DNA from: Candidatus Micrarchaeota archaeon
GTDB taxonomy: Archaea > Micrarchaeota > Micrarchaeia > Norongarragalinales > Norongarragalinaceae
Reading direction: 5' to 3'
Length of the DNA stretch: 64,000 nucleotides
Assembly: GCA_964408425.1 (NCBI GenBank)
Contig: CAYOZI010000001.1
Location: 8,861 to 72,860, forward strand
Part shown: positions 36,901 through 45,041 of the stretch, in pieces
Layout: every line of letters begins with the position of its first letter
How positions within the stretch are numbered: position 1 is the first letter of the stretch
Notes under the pieces: generated by a model
What the model saw: the letters and a program-made list of their open reading frames with translations, nothing else
Told to the model about the DNA's origin: nothing
Database searches by the model: none
Made by a program: the position numbers and the translations under genes

Positions 36901-37344
36901 TATTTCGTTCGGCAAAAGCTTCCTGTCCTCCTCGTAATAGCTCGTCGGCTTGGTGAATTTTATTTTATACTGCTTCTCCCCGCAATGCGGGCATTCAGAC
37001 GACCTTTTCATCTCGTCAAGTTCGCTGGACAAATGCATTATCCTCCCGCACTTCCTGCAGGAAGCTTTCAAAAGCTGGTAAACCAACTTCGCAAACCCGA
37101 CGTGAACAACCGGCCTGACCAATTCTATATGCCCGCTGTGCCCCGGACAGTCTTTCATCCTCCCTGCGCAAGTGCGGCACTTCAAACCCGGATCCACGAC
37201 TCCCAGCTTCTGGTCGGCCAACCCGCCGCCTATGGGATAGCCGTCCTCGTCGTAAGTGTCGGGAACGGTTATCTTGACCGCGCTCATCTTCCTGATGTTG
37301 TCAGGGGAAAAAATCGAAAACCCGATGCTTCCAACTATTTTCAT
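33940..37344 (-). CDS. rpoA: RNA polymerase largest subunit, A' and A'' fused in one ORF
   Basis: CPGHSGHIEL, NADFDGDEMN, KTGYMQRRL, then AAQSIGEPGTQMTLRTFH and C-terminal AAFEET...ENIIIGQ in a single frame. Confidence 0.96.
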   Translation of the reverse strand: MKIVGSIGFSIFSPDNIRKMSAVKITVPDTYDEDGYPIGGGLADQKLGVVDPGLKCRTCAGRMKDCPGHSGHIELVRPVVHVGFAKLVYQLLKASCRKCGRIMHLSSELDEMKRSSECPHCGEKQYKIKFTKPTSYYEEDRKLLPNEIRERLEHIPDEDLKVARITIRPEWVVMTVLIVPPVTVRPSITLETGERSEDDLTHKLVDILRINQRLEENIEAGAPQLIIEDLWELLQYHVTTYFDNESAGIPPARHRSGRQLKTLFQRLKGKEGRFRYNLSGKRVNFSARTVISPDPTLGINELGVPEEIAAELTLPVSVTLWNLEAVKEMIKTHSDKINYVIRPDGRRKKLTDTNIEEVLAEITPGYTLERQLLNGDVVVFNRQPSLHRVSMMCHEVKVLPGRTFRFNVAVCNPYNADFDGDEMNIHVPQTEEAQTEAKLLMSVQENILSPRNGSPLVTPDLDQITGLYLLSMDDFVISKKEACDLLNSAGVVTDFDKNTVSGKEIYSLILPKEFDFKIESKHNAVKIKDGRLVEGFIDASASRKVVKEIFMKLGSDAAREYIDKAAKLSVQVVYDYGFSLSLKDYYLPREAVDQINALYEEGKRKLEELVKKYKTKKLERLPGKTLKETLEEQVMNIVELIRFHCWSIVKEKISKTPVNINGKILENNSSLLMAAAGVKNKPINVVQMAALVGQQAVRGKRPASGYRGRLLTHFKRGDLSDYARGFVSSNYKSGLSVVEYFFHAAGGRDSVVDKGVNPAKTGYMQRRLINALQDFVVWEDQSVRDSEGKLIQFKYGGDGLDPSTGKPIAYGEPVGVVAAQSIGEPGTQMTLRTFHYAGVASLAQFGFTRLVELVDARKSPKKPVMEIFLKKSVSGDFEKVKQIAAGIEEVSLDDVAEIKENFDRKIVHIVFDPQKFKDSNVKEKDAIAEIAKVSPQFKQEGHELTIKTKEDSLKSIRRMTNRFREIHLGGIKGIRKAIIVEKKGERGSEYTIASDGSNLKEVFKIEAVDGSRTITNDIMEINEVLGVDAARNAIIQEINKVLEMQDLTVDPRHIMLIADAMTFLGAVKSVGRHGLAGQKKSVLARAAFEETAKHLLNACIYGEEDTLQGVAENIIIGQTIPAGTGKVRLEMKFD

Positions 37345-37368
37345 TCAACAAACACCTTTTCTATTTTC

Positions 37369-39189
37369 TCAAGCCCTGTCCGTAAGCTTCAGCTTCGGAA
37401 ATATCCCTATGCTCCGCATCTCGTCCAACAACAATTTGAAGGCGTAACTCATTTCCACAGGCTCGACGTCCGTGCTTTCGCACAACGCGCAGAAACTCTT
37501 GTTCTTCTGGCGGTCGGTGAAAGCGAGCGAACCGCAATTCGCGCAAACCAATTCCACCGTCTTATCGCTCGAGTCCATCATTCTTTCCTTCAACAAAAGC
37601 GCAGCCCCGAAGCCGATGAAACAATCCCTTTCCATCTCTCCCAGCCTCAATCCTCCTTCGCGAGCCCTTCCTTCGGTAGGCTGGTGCGTCAGCATCTGCA
37701 CCGGACCCCTCGAGCGGGCGTGAAGCTTTAATGAAACCAAGTGGTGCAAACGCTGATAGTAAATCACTCCGACGAAAATGGTGGCGTACAAGCGCAACCC
37801 CGTCCTCCCGTCGTACAAAACCTCTTGCCCTGCGGGCGAAAACCCGTTTTCAGCCAGCATTTTCTCGAAATCCTGCTGTTTATCGCCCGTAAACGCGGTC
37901 GCGTCTTTCAATTGCCCTTCAAGCGACGCCGCTTTCCCCCCGAGCATTTCAAGCAGATGCCCCGCGGTCATTCTTCCCGGAATGGCGTGCGGGTTGATGA
38001 TCAGATCGGGAACTACGCCATCCTTTGTGAAAGGCATGTCCTCCTGAGGCAAAAGCAAAGAAACGACTCCCTTCTGCCCGTGGCGCGAAGCGAATTTGTC
38101 GCCGACCTCGGGAACATTCGTTTTCCTAACGCGGATTTTAACGAACTTGTTGCCTGCCGGGGTTTCAGTCAAAATGACGGCATCAACAGTCCCTTCCTCA
38201 TTACCCCGGACTGCAACGCTCGACTCCCTCCTCCTCTCCCCTTCCACATCCAACGCCGAAATTTCCTTCAAAAACCTGGGAGGCGAAGATTTTCCAACGA
38301 GCACGGAGTTCCCTTTCACCAGAGTTTCGGGCGAAGCGAAACCGTCCTCGTCCAAATGGGCGTATTCCTCTTCCCCGCGGTATCCCTGGACGTATTCCTC
38401 GGGAATGCCGAACGAATCCCTCTGGCCGCCCGGATAACGCCTTTCAACTGCGGAGTAAGAGCGGAAGAAAGCGCTTCTGCCCATTCCCCTCTCGACGCTA
38501 GTCTTATTCAGAACGATAGCGTCGTTCATGTTGAAACCCTTGTAAGACAAAACCGCGACCACGAAATTCTGCCCTGCACTCCTGTTTTTCAAGTTCAGTT
38601 CCTTGTAAGCTCTAGTCTGAAGCAAAGGCTGTTGGGAATAGAACAAAAGATGCGAGCGCGTGTCGCTCCTCAAATTGAAGTTGGAAGCGTACAAGCCCAA
38701 ACTCTGTTTGGCGTGCTGCGCCGCCATCAAAACCCTGGGAGCCATGTTGTACTCGGGGTAAGGCAATTGCGAAGAGGCGAAACCTAGAATCATCAGAGGG
38801 TCGATTTCCAAGTGAGTATGCTCGGAAGTCAAGGTTTCGGTGTTCAAAGCTACGAACGCGTTTTCCTCTTCCTCCGCATCCAAAAATTCTACGATTCCTT
38901 TTTCCAAAAGGTCCTTCCAATGCATTTCCCCGTTCTTCAGCTTCTCCGACAGTTCCGCGGTAAGCAAAGGTTTTCCCTGCTTCACTACGAGCAAAGGCCT
39001 TCTCGCCCTGCCTTCGTCGCTGTTCACGAAAACCTCGTTCGTCTTGTGGAAGTACGCTGCGTTGACTCCGTTGTTCAACCCGCCGCCCCTGCGCATTTTG
39101 CGCAGTTCGTCAACGAGCTTATGCCCGTTGTCCACGAATCCCACGAACTTCCCGTCCAGAAAAACGCTAGCTTGCTTCATTTTTTTCAA
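37369..39189 (-). CDS. rpoB1: RNA polymerase subunit B' (Rpo2C)
   Basis: GDKFASRHGQKG, NPHAIPGRMT and GGLRLGEMERD. Confidence 0.96.
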   Translation of the reverse strand: MKKMKQASVFLDGKFVGFVDNGHKLVDELRKMRRGGGLNNGVNAAYFHKTNEVFVNSDEGRARRPLLVVKQGKPLLTAELSEKLKNGEMHWKDLLEKGIVEFLDAEEEENAFVALNTETLTSEHTHLEIDPLMILGFASSQLPYPEYNMAPRVLMAAQHAKQSLGLYASNFNLRSDTRSHLLFYSQQPLLQTRAYKELNLKNRSAGQNFVVAVLSYKGFNMNDAIVLNKTSVERGMGRSAFFRSYSAVERRYPGGQRDSFGIPEEYVQGYRGEEEYAHLDEDGFASPETLVKGNSVLVGKSSPPRFLKEISALDVEGERRRESSVAVRGNEEGTVDAVILTETPAGNKFVKIRVRKTNVPEVGDKFASRHGQKGVVSLLLPQEDMPFTKDGVVPDLIINPHAIPGRMTAGHLLEMLGGKAASLEGQLKDATAFTGDKQQDFEKMLAENGFSPAGQEVLYDGRTGLRLYATIFVGVIYYQRLHHLVSLKLHARSRGPVQMLTHQPTEGRAREGGLRLGEMERDCFIGFGAALLLKERMMDSSDKTVELVCANCGSLAFTDRQKNKSFCALCESTDVEPVEMSYAFKLLLDEMRSIGIFPKLKLTDRA

Positions 39190-40655
39190 ACCCTCATCGT
39201 CACGCCCATTTTCTTGAGCGTCGATTCAACATCTTCCTTGCAGCCTACGGTAACCTGCGAGAACAAAGACAAATTGCGAACCAAACCACAATTAGGCCCT
39301 TCTGGAGTTTCGTTCGGATCCAGACGGCCCCAGTGGGTTCCGTGCAAATCCCTCGCCTTGTAGTGAGGATGCTTTTTCGCCAAAGGCGAAGTAACCCTCT
39401 TCAAGAACGAAGAGGCTGAAACGAAATTATAACGGTCGAGAGGCTGCGAAACGCCCGTATGCCCTCCAACCCAGTTGCCCGTAGCCATGGAATACTTTAT
39501 CCTGTCCGAAAGAGCATCCGGCCTTACGATGGCGAACATGCTCATTCGCCTTCCGCGAACGTTAGCCCTTTCCAGCTGGTAGGCGACGTCTTTCACGAGA
39601 AATTGGAATGCATAGCGGAAAACCTCTTCCATCAATTTTCCGGAAATCTTCAATCGTTTATTCGAGTAATGGTCCTTGTCGTCGACAGGCCTTTTCTTGT
39701 AGGAAACGAGAACCGCCCTTTCGGACATGCGGCATAAGAAATACGCTTTCGCCAAACGGTTTTTCTCCTCAATCCCAATGTGCGGCAATAAGTAACGGTC
39801 TACGAGCAATTCGGCCCTTTTTACTTGGTAGTCGACCGGCTGTCCGGGCGCCGCGCGTTTTCCTATCGCCTCAAGAGCATCCCGCTTGCTCTTGATTTCA
39901 GTCTCTCCCTCCAAGTTAAGAAGAATGTCGTTCCTCACTTCGGGGTCGCTGGAAAAGACTTCCAAAATCCTTTCCGAATCAACCAAACCCAAAGCTCTCA
40001 AAAGCAAAACCAATTCGAGGGATTTGTTGTAAGAAGGCATTGTCACGCTCAACAGCCCTTCCTTCGTCCTATCGACAGTACAACGCCCCCTGAAACCCGA
40101 GCGCGTCGAAAAGATTTTCGCCTGCACGGTTCCCGTTTCCTTTTCCTTTGAAACCAGAATCCGGTTGGGCGCCAAGTCCTCGAGAATCATGAGCGTTTTT
40201 TCCGTTCCATTTATCACGAAATACCCGCCGGGATCCTGCGAGTCCTCGCCCATCTGGCGTAACTCTTGCTTGTTTCGTCCGTGCAAATAGCATAACTTGG
40301 ATTTCAGCATAACCGGCAAGTCGCCGATGTAAACATCCTCGGTCCTCTTCTCCACGCCCTTGGAAACCTGCGTCATTTCCAAAAACAGCGGGGAAGAGTA
40401 ATTCAAATCGCGCAATCGCGCTTCCATCGGGTATAATCTTCGCCTTGACCCGTCCGGCTCGGTGATCATGGGCTTTTCCGCGCGTATTTTCCCCAGTTTG
40501 ACGCTCAACCCTTCTATCTGGGGTTCGATCACGCTTTGGGCATCAACGATTTCCTGCATCACGCTTTCAACGAAATTGTTGAACGATTCGAGATGCTGGT
40601 CTACGATAGTGTTGTCCCTCAAGAAAGACGCGGTCACTTCGAAAAACTTCGCCAT
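39186..40655 (-). CDS. rpoB2: RNA polymerase subunit B'' (Rpo2N)
   Basis: EARLRDLNYS, GGYFVINGTE, DDKDHYSNKRL and ETPEGPNCGL; stop overlaps the B' start. Confidence 0.96.
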   Translation of the reverse strand: MAKFFEVTASFLRDNTIVDQHLESFNNFVESVMQEIVDAQSVIEPQIEGLSVKLGKIRAEKPMITEPDGSRRRLYPMEARLRDLNYSSPLFLEMTQVSKGVEKRTEDVYIGDLPVMLKSKLCYLHGRNKQELRQMGEDSQDPGGYFVINGTEKTLMILEDLAPNRILVSKEKETGTVQAKIFSTRSGFRGRCTVDRTKEGLLSVTMPSYNKSLELVLLLRALGLVDSERILEVFSSDPEVRNDILLNLEGETEIKSKRDALEAIGKRAAPGQPVDYQVKRAELLVDRYLLPHIGIEEKNRLAKAYFLCRMSERAVLVSYKKRPVDDKDHYSNKRLKISGKLMEEVFRYAFQFLVKDVAYQLERANVRGRRMSMFAIVRPDALSDRIKYSMATGNWVGGHTGVSQPLDRYNFVSASSFLKRVTSPLAKKHPHYKARDLHGTHWGRLDPNETPEGPNCGLVRNLSLFSQVTVGCKEDVESTLKKMGVTMRV

Positions 40656-40755
40656 TTTCCAACCACACTCTTTTTGATTTTTTGCGTTTTCCGTTTTGAA
40701 ACGCAAAAACAACCCACGCACGCCCCCCGCTCCAAAGGGGCAGAAACAATACCGT

Positions 40756-40986
40756 TCAGTCTTCGGTTACTACCCGGTAGTAAACGTCCTTTATTCCGCC
40801 TATATCCCGATGGATCTTGATTACATCCCCAGGCGCCACTTCGGTTCCGACCAAACCCGGGTCTGAAAGCTCTATCAAAGGCAGCTCTTCCTTCACGCAA
40901 TGCATGCCTGACAGTAGAGCTGAAACATCGCTTTCGCTCATTTTCTCTATTTTTGGCACCAGATAATGGCTGAAGGCAGAATCCAT
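40756..40986 (-). CDS. rpoH: RNA polymerase subunit H (Rpo5)
   Basis: HYLVPK, LPLI..SDP, GDVIKI.R and YYRVV. Confidence 0.93.
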   Translation of the reverse strand: MDSAFSHYLVPKIEKMSESDVSALLSGMHCVKEELPLIELSDPGLVGTEVAPGDVIKIHRDIGGIKDVYYRVVTED

Positions 40987-41066
40987 TCTCTAACCGAAAA
41001 TTCGTTAACCCCGACTTTTATATTTAGAAACCAATGGTTTAAAAACGTTATTAAAACGAAGGCGTG

Positions 41067-41405
41067 TCAGCGCTTTCTCCCTTTTCTACCCGTTTTCGGC
41101 TTTACCGAAGAATCGTTTTTCAGCACGTGCTTCATCCTGAAGTAAAAAGCGCCTATGAAAACCAGCATGGAAAGCATGTTTATCCCTATCGAAACCCGCT
41201 CTCCGAAAGGAGAATCGTAGAGCTTGCTCGAAGCTAGAATCAAGTTCCCAAGCACGAGCATGCCGATGCCTAAATAGAAAACCATGGACATCCACCAGTC
41301 TTTCCTAGCCACTCCACGCTTCAGCTGGTTCCAAAGCATCAGCGAGTATGAAAGCCAAAAAACGAGGACTACCGCGCTCAAAACCAGGGTAACCTCGTGC
41401 GCCAA
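41067..41405 (-). CDS. Small three-TM membrane protein
   Basis: Three hydrophobic segments and a basic tail; start codon uncertain. Confidence 0.6.
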   Translation of the reverse strand: MAHEVTLVLSAVVLVFWLSYSLMLWNQLKRGVARKDWWMSMVFYLGIGMLVLGNLILASSKLYDSPFGERVSIGINMLSMLVFIGAFYFRMKHVLKNDSSVKPKTGRKGRKR

Positions 41406-41520
41406 AATGTCTAAGCTTACCAACCCCAACACCACCTTTCGCGAAAAATCTATTACGGAAAAGCCGCTTAAAAACGTTGGGAGAAAACGCAGGGGAAGAG
41501 GCACGGTTAAAACAGGAGAA

Positions 41521-41676
41521 TCAAAAATTCAAGTATCCTTCCGTGGCGAGAAACAGAAACACTCCCACCGCCGTAATCCAAAAGCCAGTTTCGAAATAGC
41601 CCAGCGCCAGCAAAACCAGGCCTAGCACTATGAGCAGCTCGTCCCACTCCATTATTTTCGTCCAGTCGAAATCCAT
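41521..41676 (-). CDS. Small two-TM membrane protein (51 aa)
   Basis: MDFDWTKIMEWDELLIVLGLVLLALGYF...; co-oriented with neighbours. Confidence 0.5.
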   Translation of the reverse strand: MDFDWTKIMEWDELLIVLGLVLLALGYFETGFWITAVGVFLFLATEGYLNF

Positions 41677-41735
41677 TTTCCAAGCGCCCGTTAAACTCTT
41701 GAAGCCCGCGGAATAAAAGCGTAAAAAACGGCTTT

Positions 41736-42356
41736 TCACTTCAAAACTTTGCCCGTCTTCGAAAACCACAGGAACAAGTCCAGTTCCGCCTGGTTCAAGC
41801 CCGTTTTCCTGCACAGCGCTTCCAGCTTTTCTTCAATCTCCAGGTATTTTTTCGGAGAGAGCTTTAATTCAAGGATAACCCCGCGCTCTTTCAAAACGCC
41901 CAACACATGCCGGTCGAGAATCGCCAGGTTTTTGAAGCCCACGTTCCTCAAAAAGTGGCTCGATTCCTTCCACCCCAAGCCCTTCACGTTTTCAACAAGC
42001 CACGCCCTCGCCCGAAACCCGTTTTCAAAACCCTTCACGGTTTTCTCGAGCTTCTTCGAATCAAGCTTCCCCCTCGCTTCCGCGATAAACCGCGCCTTGT
42101 TGTTGTAAAAACGGCATCCGCTTTCCTTCAACCATTCTCCCAACTGCCTTTCGCTCGCATTCCGCAGTTTTCCCCTTGATTTTTCCTGAAAACGCAATCC
42201 GGCCTCGGAGGAAGCGTTTGCGGTCGAAATGCAAAAGCACAATTCCGAAAACCAGTCGGGATTTCTCCCAAACTCCTTCAAGCGCCGTTCCACCAGCCTG
42301 GCGACCGGAGATTTCTTCAACGCGACGACATCCCGTTCAAGACCGCCCGAACCCAC
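41736..42356 (-). CDS. ogg: 8-oxoguanine DNA glycosylase/AP lyase (Ogg2 type)
   Basis: ELCFCISTAN, GLGWKESSHFLRNVG, AILDRH and C-terminal TGKVLK. Confidence 0.93.
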   Translation of the reverse strand: MGSGGLERDVVALKKSPVARLVERRLKEFGRNPDWFSELCFCISTANASSEAGLRFQEKSRGKLRNASERQLGEWLKESGCRFYNNKARFIAEARGKLDSKKLEKTVKGFENGFRARAWLVENVKGLGWKESSHFLRNVGFKNLAILDRHVLGVLKERGVILELKLSPKKYLEIEEKLEALCRKTGLNQAELDLFLWFSKTGKVLK

Positions 42357-42465
42357 AAGCCCACCCCTTAGAAAACGGGTTTAAACCCTCGCCTAATTTA
42401 AAGCCTTTTACAGTTAAACACAATAAAGAAAACGATTTGCGCTGAAAATAAATTAGTGGTTGCCA

Positions 42466-43398
42466 ATGGCGGAAAAACTCTACGACTTGATAATCATCGG
42501 GGGAGGTGTGACTGGGTTGGGCAGCGCCATGTACGCCGGTCGCCTCAACCTCAAGACTCTCGTCCTGGCGGGAACGAGATATGGAACGATTGCATTGACG
42601 GACGTTGTCGAAAATTACCCGGGCTTCAAAAGGCTTACGGGATTGGAACTGGCGGAAAAACTGGAAGAACACGCGCTCGATTACAAGAAATTCGTCGAAA
42701 TCGAGGATTTGAAAGCCGGGAAAATCGCGAAGAGCGGGAAAAACTGGAAAATAAAAACCGATGAAGGAAAGGAATTCGAAACGAGAACGGTCTTGATAGC
42801 GACCGGAACTGAAATCAAAAAACTCGGCATTCCGGGGGAAAAAGAATATTGGAACAGGGGCGTGCACAGCTGCGCCTTGTGCGACGGGCCCATCTACCAA
42901 GACAAGAGCATAGCCGTGGTAGGAGGGGGCGACAGCGCAGCTAAAGAAGCTCTGCTCTTGACGCAATTCGGAAGGAAAGTGTTCATTTTCGTCCGCGGCG
43001 GCGAACTCAAGCCCGAACCGATAAACGGCGAGAGGGTAAAGAAAAACAAGAAAATCTCCGTATTCACGAACGTCAGTATTGATGAAATCAAGGGAGACAG
43101 AAAGAAAATGACGGCGTTGGTTTTGGACAAGCCCGTCGAAGGGAAAAAAGAATTTCCAGCAGACGCTCTGTTTCTGGAAATAGGGCACATTCCGCTAAGC
43201 TCCATTGCAAAAGCAATCGGCGTGAAAACCAACGAGAAGGGCGAGATTGTGATAAACCGCAATTCCGAAACCAATGTGCCGGGCGTTTACGCGGCCGGCG
43301 ACGTGGGCGACACGAGATTCAAACAGGCGATTACCGGCGTTGCAGAAGGGGTTTTGGCGGTATACAGCGCTTTCAGGTACATCGGGGAAAACGAATAA
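42466..43398 (+). CDS. trxB: Thioredoxin reductase-family FAD oxidoreductase
   Basis: IIGGG, VENYPG, CALCDG, VGGGDSA and AAGD motifs. Confidence 0.9.
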   Translation: MAEKLYDLIIIGGGVTGLGSAMYAGRLNLKTLVLAGTRYGTIALTDVVENYPGFKRLTGLELAEKLEEHALDYKKFVEIEDLKAGKIAKSGKNWKIKTDEGKEFETRTVLIATGTEIKKLGIPGEKEYWNRGVHSCALCDGPIYQDKSIAVVGGGDSAAKEALLLTQFGRKVFIFVRGGELKPEPINGERVKKNKKISVFTNVSIDEIKGDRKKMTALVLDKPVEGKKEFPADALFLEIGHIPLSSIAKAIGVKTNEKGEIVINRNSETNVPGVYAAGDVGDTRFKQAITGVAEGVLAVYSAFRYIGENE

Positions 43399-43408
43399 AG
43401 CCGTCAAA

Positions 43409-43990
43409 TCAGAGTTTAATCACGTTGAACTTCAAAGCCCCCAAAACCAACAGCGCTATTACGATTACCGCCTGCAAAAGCTGGTTGTTCAAAACCAGTA
43501 AGCCCACGTTGAACGAGTGGAGCAAAACGAGAACCAGAACAAGATAAACCAGCCGCTGCACGTTCTTCCAATTCCTGCTGCCCAAAGCCCTTATCGCAAA
43601 ATCGTTCGAAGTGGAGGATATTACGGCTAGGGTAAGGAACGCAAGAAGCCCGAAAACCAGGAAAACGCTGTTCGGAAGGGTGAAAATGATTCCGAAATTC
43701 CAGTTGAAGAAAAAGTTGTATACTAGCAAAACGTGCACTAACGCGAAGAAAAACACGTACAGCCCTATCCAACGCTGTTGCGTGAAAAGAAAGCGGGTTA
43801 GTGGAACGTTTTTCACCCTCACCAGAAGAGGCGTGAGCAAAACGAGAATCAACGTCGCCAAAGCCAGGATTCCGAAGGAACTGACTAAAAACATGATTTG
43901 CGCCGGTCCTGCATAAAAGAGCGACCCGAGCAGGTAAACCAAAAGCGCGATTGCTATCCCGAACGCATTAACCCAGTATTTCCCTTCCAA
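43409..43990 (-). CDS. Ferric reductase-like (MsrQ-like) heme-binding membrane protein
   Basis: RWIGLYVFFFALVH, TSND...LG...WK.VQRLVY and LLH. Confidence 0.82.
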   Translation of the reverse strand: MEGKYWVNAFGIAIALLVYLLGSLFYAGPAQIMFLVSSFGILALATLILVLLTPLLVRVKNVPLTRFLFTQQRWIGLYVFFFALVHVLLVYNFFFNWNFGIIFTLPNSVFLVFGLLAFLTLAVISSTSNDFAIRALGSRNWKNVQRLVYLVLVLVLLHSFNVGLLVLNNQLLQAVIVIALLVLGALKFNVIKL

Positions 43991-44045
43991 GAAAACATCA
44001 CCGTTTGAAAAGCTAAAAGCAGAATGAAGAATTTAATGTTTGAGT

Positions 44046-44699
44046 TTAAGGCTTTTGCTTTGCCTTAGGCGGAGGGAGGATATGCTCTTCGAAGGACTGT
44101 TTTTCAGGCATTCCCACGAAAATGACCGCAAACCTCGCTAAAAGCACTAGAACCGCGAAAACCAGTATCGCCCATCCGGCAGGCCTTACGTTGAAAACCC
44201 CTTGCTTGGTTTCGATCAAAACGAAATGCACGATCACCAAAAGCAAGGCGAAATAACCCGTCCTCAAGACCGAACGCCATTTTTCATATCCTAGCTTATC
44301 CACCCACTCTTTCGAAGAAATTGCGGTCATAACCCCGAAAACGAACAGGGCGACGGCACCGGTCAACAGGGCGAAAAGCTTGAACGAATCAAAGCCGAGA
44401 ATGGCCATGAAATCCCATTTGTAGTAAACGTGCAGGGAAATCGCTGTGTGGGCCACCGCAAAAACAAATCCCCACAAGCCGATGTTCTTCCTCCACGGCA
44501 GGTAAAAGCCGAACGTTTTCGGGAAAAAGCGCGTTAAAGGGCCGAGCAGGAAAGACAAGCCGATCAATACGACCGCTCCCAACGCCAGCATCTTGTTTAG
44601 CATTGAAACCGAAAAAGAAAGGTAGGCGTAGAAGACGAACAGCAAAAGCAGGACTAACGCAGGAACGAGATGGGATTTGTTCAACTCCCAGAACTTCAT
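44046..44699 (-). CDS. Ferric reductase-like (MsrQ-like) heme-binding membrane protein
   Basis: RKNIGLWGFVFAVAH and LG..KW...LRTGY...VH. Confidence 0.82.
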   Translation of the reverse strand: MKFWELNKSHLVPALVLLLLFVFYAYLSFSVSMLNKMLALGAVVLIGLSFLLGPLTRFFPKTFGFYLPWRKNIGLWGFVFAVAHTAISLHVYYKWDFMAILGFDSFKLFALLTGAVALFVFGVMTAISSKEWVDKLGYEKWRSVLRTGYFALLLVIVHFVLIETKQGVFNVRPAGWAILVFAVLVLLARFAVIFVGMPEKQSFEEHILPPPKAKQKP

Positions 44700-44756
44700 T
44701 AAAACCTGAAAGAAAGGGCGGAATTAAAACTTTCGCTAGGGAAAAGGAAAGAAAGG

Positions 44757-44829
44757 CGCCTTGGCCGGGATTCGGACCCGGGTCTCCAGCGTGACAGGCT
44801 GGAATGCTAGGCCACTACACTACCAAGGC
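44757..44829 (-). tRNA. tRNA-Asp (GTC), no intron
   Basis: Acceptor GCCTTGG/CCAAGGC; anticodon arm CCAGC-CTGTCAC-GCTGG. Confidence 0.95.
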
Positions 44830-44884
44830 ACGACTCTAAAATCTTTTTTTCGGACGCTTTTAATTCTTCTTAAAAAACTTAAAG

Positions 44885-45023
44885 TCCCGCCGGCCGGATT
44901 TGAACCGGCAACCCTCCGATTTCCGCGAACGTTCTCGCGCTTTTTCTTTAACGAACTTTTCTTTTGGAAAAAGAAAAGTTCCAGGCTACAGTCGGATGCT
45001 CAGCCAGGTTGAGCTACAGCGGG
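44885..45023 (-). tRNA. tRNA-Tyr (GTA) with ~65-nt intron at 37/38 (44921..44985)
   Basis: Acceptor CCCGCTG/CGGCGGG; TCCGA-CTGTAG[..]A-TCGGA; T-loop TTCAAAT. Confidence 0.92.
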
Positions 45024-45041
45024 ACAAGCCTTTAAAATTTC

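Noticed and set aside
34063..39737. Long + strand ORFs antisense to the RNAP genes (and similar shadows over polB, the exosome genes and ppsA)
   Set aside because: Antisense shadows of well-supported genes, with no recognisable motifs.
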